From NCBI GenBank assembly GCA_907165135.1, contig OU015567.1, forward strand, positions 15,066,001 to 15,130,000: a stretch of DNA of 64,000 nucleotides, in the 5' to 3' direction. Origin of the DNA: Oikopleura dioica (lineage: Eukaryota; Animalia; Chordata). Below the pieces are notes generated by a model. That model did no database searches and was not told the DNA's origin. It saw nothing but the letters and a program-made list of their open reading frames with translations. Below, piece after piece: positions 63,201 through 64,000 of this stretch. Numbering within the stretch: position 1 is the first letter of the stretch; every line of letters begins with the position of its first letter. Position numbers and translations under genes: made by a program.

Positions 63201-63818
63201 GGAAAGTTCTGCGAGTCGGTCGTAAACAGCTTGGTATTGCTCGGGGTTCTCAATGTCCTCTTTTGGAATGGCGGCGGGGTGAAGTTTACGTTGCTCGTTC
63301 AGGAAGCCGAGAAATTCACCGGCATGATACATGTCATTTCTGAAGAGAGCGAAGTTGGATTGCTTTCTTTGCTGCAAACTGGATTGTTAATTTTAAGGGC
63401 GTATACCTTGTTATTTGGCTGAAGCGAAACTCATTCAAATTGCAAATGGTGACGACAGGGAAGCGAAGGTTGATGGCCGAAATCTCATCCAACTTGGTCA
63501 CGTGAGGCCGCTCCAGGTAGTAATTTACACGATTAGACGACTGAAAAAAGAGACAATCGTTACCAAGTCCATTAGTTTCGATCATACTATGTCTTGAAGC
63601 AACTCACCTGTAAAATCAATAAGGTCAGCGAGGCGAGAAATGCCAAACTCCAAGCAAAACGACGGATTAATGAATGATGTCGAGCTAAAATAAAATAATT
63701 AAAAGATGGCAAATTTCTCGATTTCGCTCTATTACCGAAGATGTGGTAAAATCCGTGCATAGTAACATTGGAAGCAAACACGTGAATCGAGGCAGGGCGA
63801 AAGGAGTCCAGCGAGGAC
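60261..63818 (-). CDS. ASIC: Acid-sensing ion channel (DEG/ENaC family); start codon not located, probably upstream of 63818
   Basis: [20 protein letters not shown] (HG motif); [19 protein letters not shown]; DMYHAGE; CRITCETR; [26 protein letters not shown] (GAS filter). The paralogue cannot be assigned. Confidence 0.93.
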
Positions 63819-64000
63819 CTAGTAACAGTTAGTGCAAATTAAAAGAAAAATTCCACAGATTTGTTGGTTCATCGGATTAATGATAACCAGCACCGCCGGA
63901 AGTGCTTTTCTGCCTATCAAATAAACAAAACAAGGAATTATCCGAATGCCCCTAAGAACCGTAGTTATGTCCGAATTACATCGTTGCTGTAGTTTTTCGA

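Noticed and set aside
1-64000. rRNA, tRNA or snRNA genes, and bacterial contamination
   Set aside because: No recognisable RNA gene signatures by eye, and spliced metazoan genes occur throughout.

Overview
Eukaryotic genomic DNA from a very compact animal genome. Introns of about 35-100 nt, GA-AG and GG-AG splice sites, and co-oriented genes 37-186 nt apart point to an appendicularian tunicate such as Oikopleura (inference). Bases ~1-15.3 kb are gene-poor and rich in mobile elements: one neuronal calcium sensor gene, seven copies of a palindromic MITE, a 986-bp hAT-type element with a 56-bp tandem array, a 1.95-kb LTR element encoding only a Gag-like ORF, and a TA-flanked MITE. Bases 15.6-64 kb are gene-dense: prickle, glycine amidinotransferase, several lineage-specific or secreted proteins, a GT32 glycosyltransferase, DBT, a probable 7-gene operon (ADAD-like, MROH1, SIRT6, a mitochondrial-type membrane protein, ASCC2, BPTF, KIF22) and an ASIC channel. 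The top observation is a 1,279-bp hAT-like transposon in the last coding exon of MROH1. Its termini (CTAG|GT ... CTAG) would let it be spliced out leaving 4 nt plus the 8-nt TSD = 12 nt, restoring the reading frame, as an intron-generating element would. Other highlights are a catalytically dead ADAR-like protein with an RG-repeat N-terminus, a BPTF with altered reader residues, a nested antisense gene, overlapping stop codons, and telomeric repeats at MITE ends. All gene models were assembled by eye; exon boundaries in low-complexity regions are approximate.
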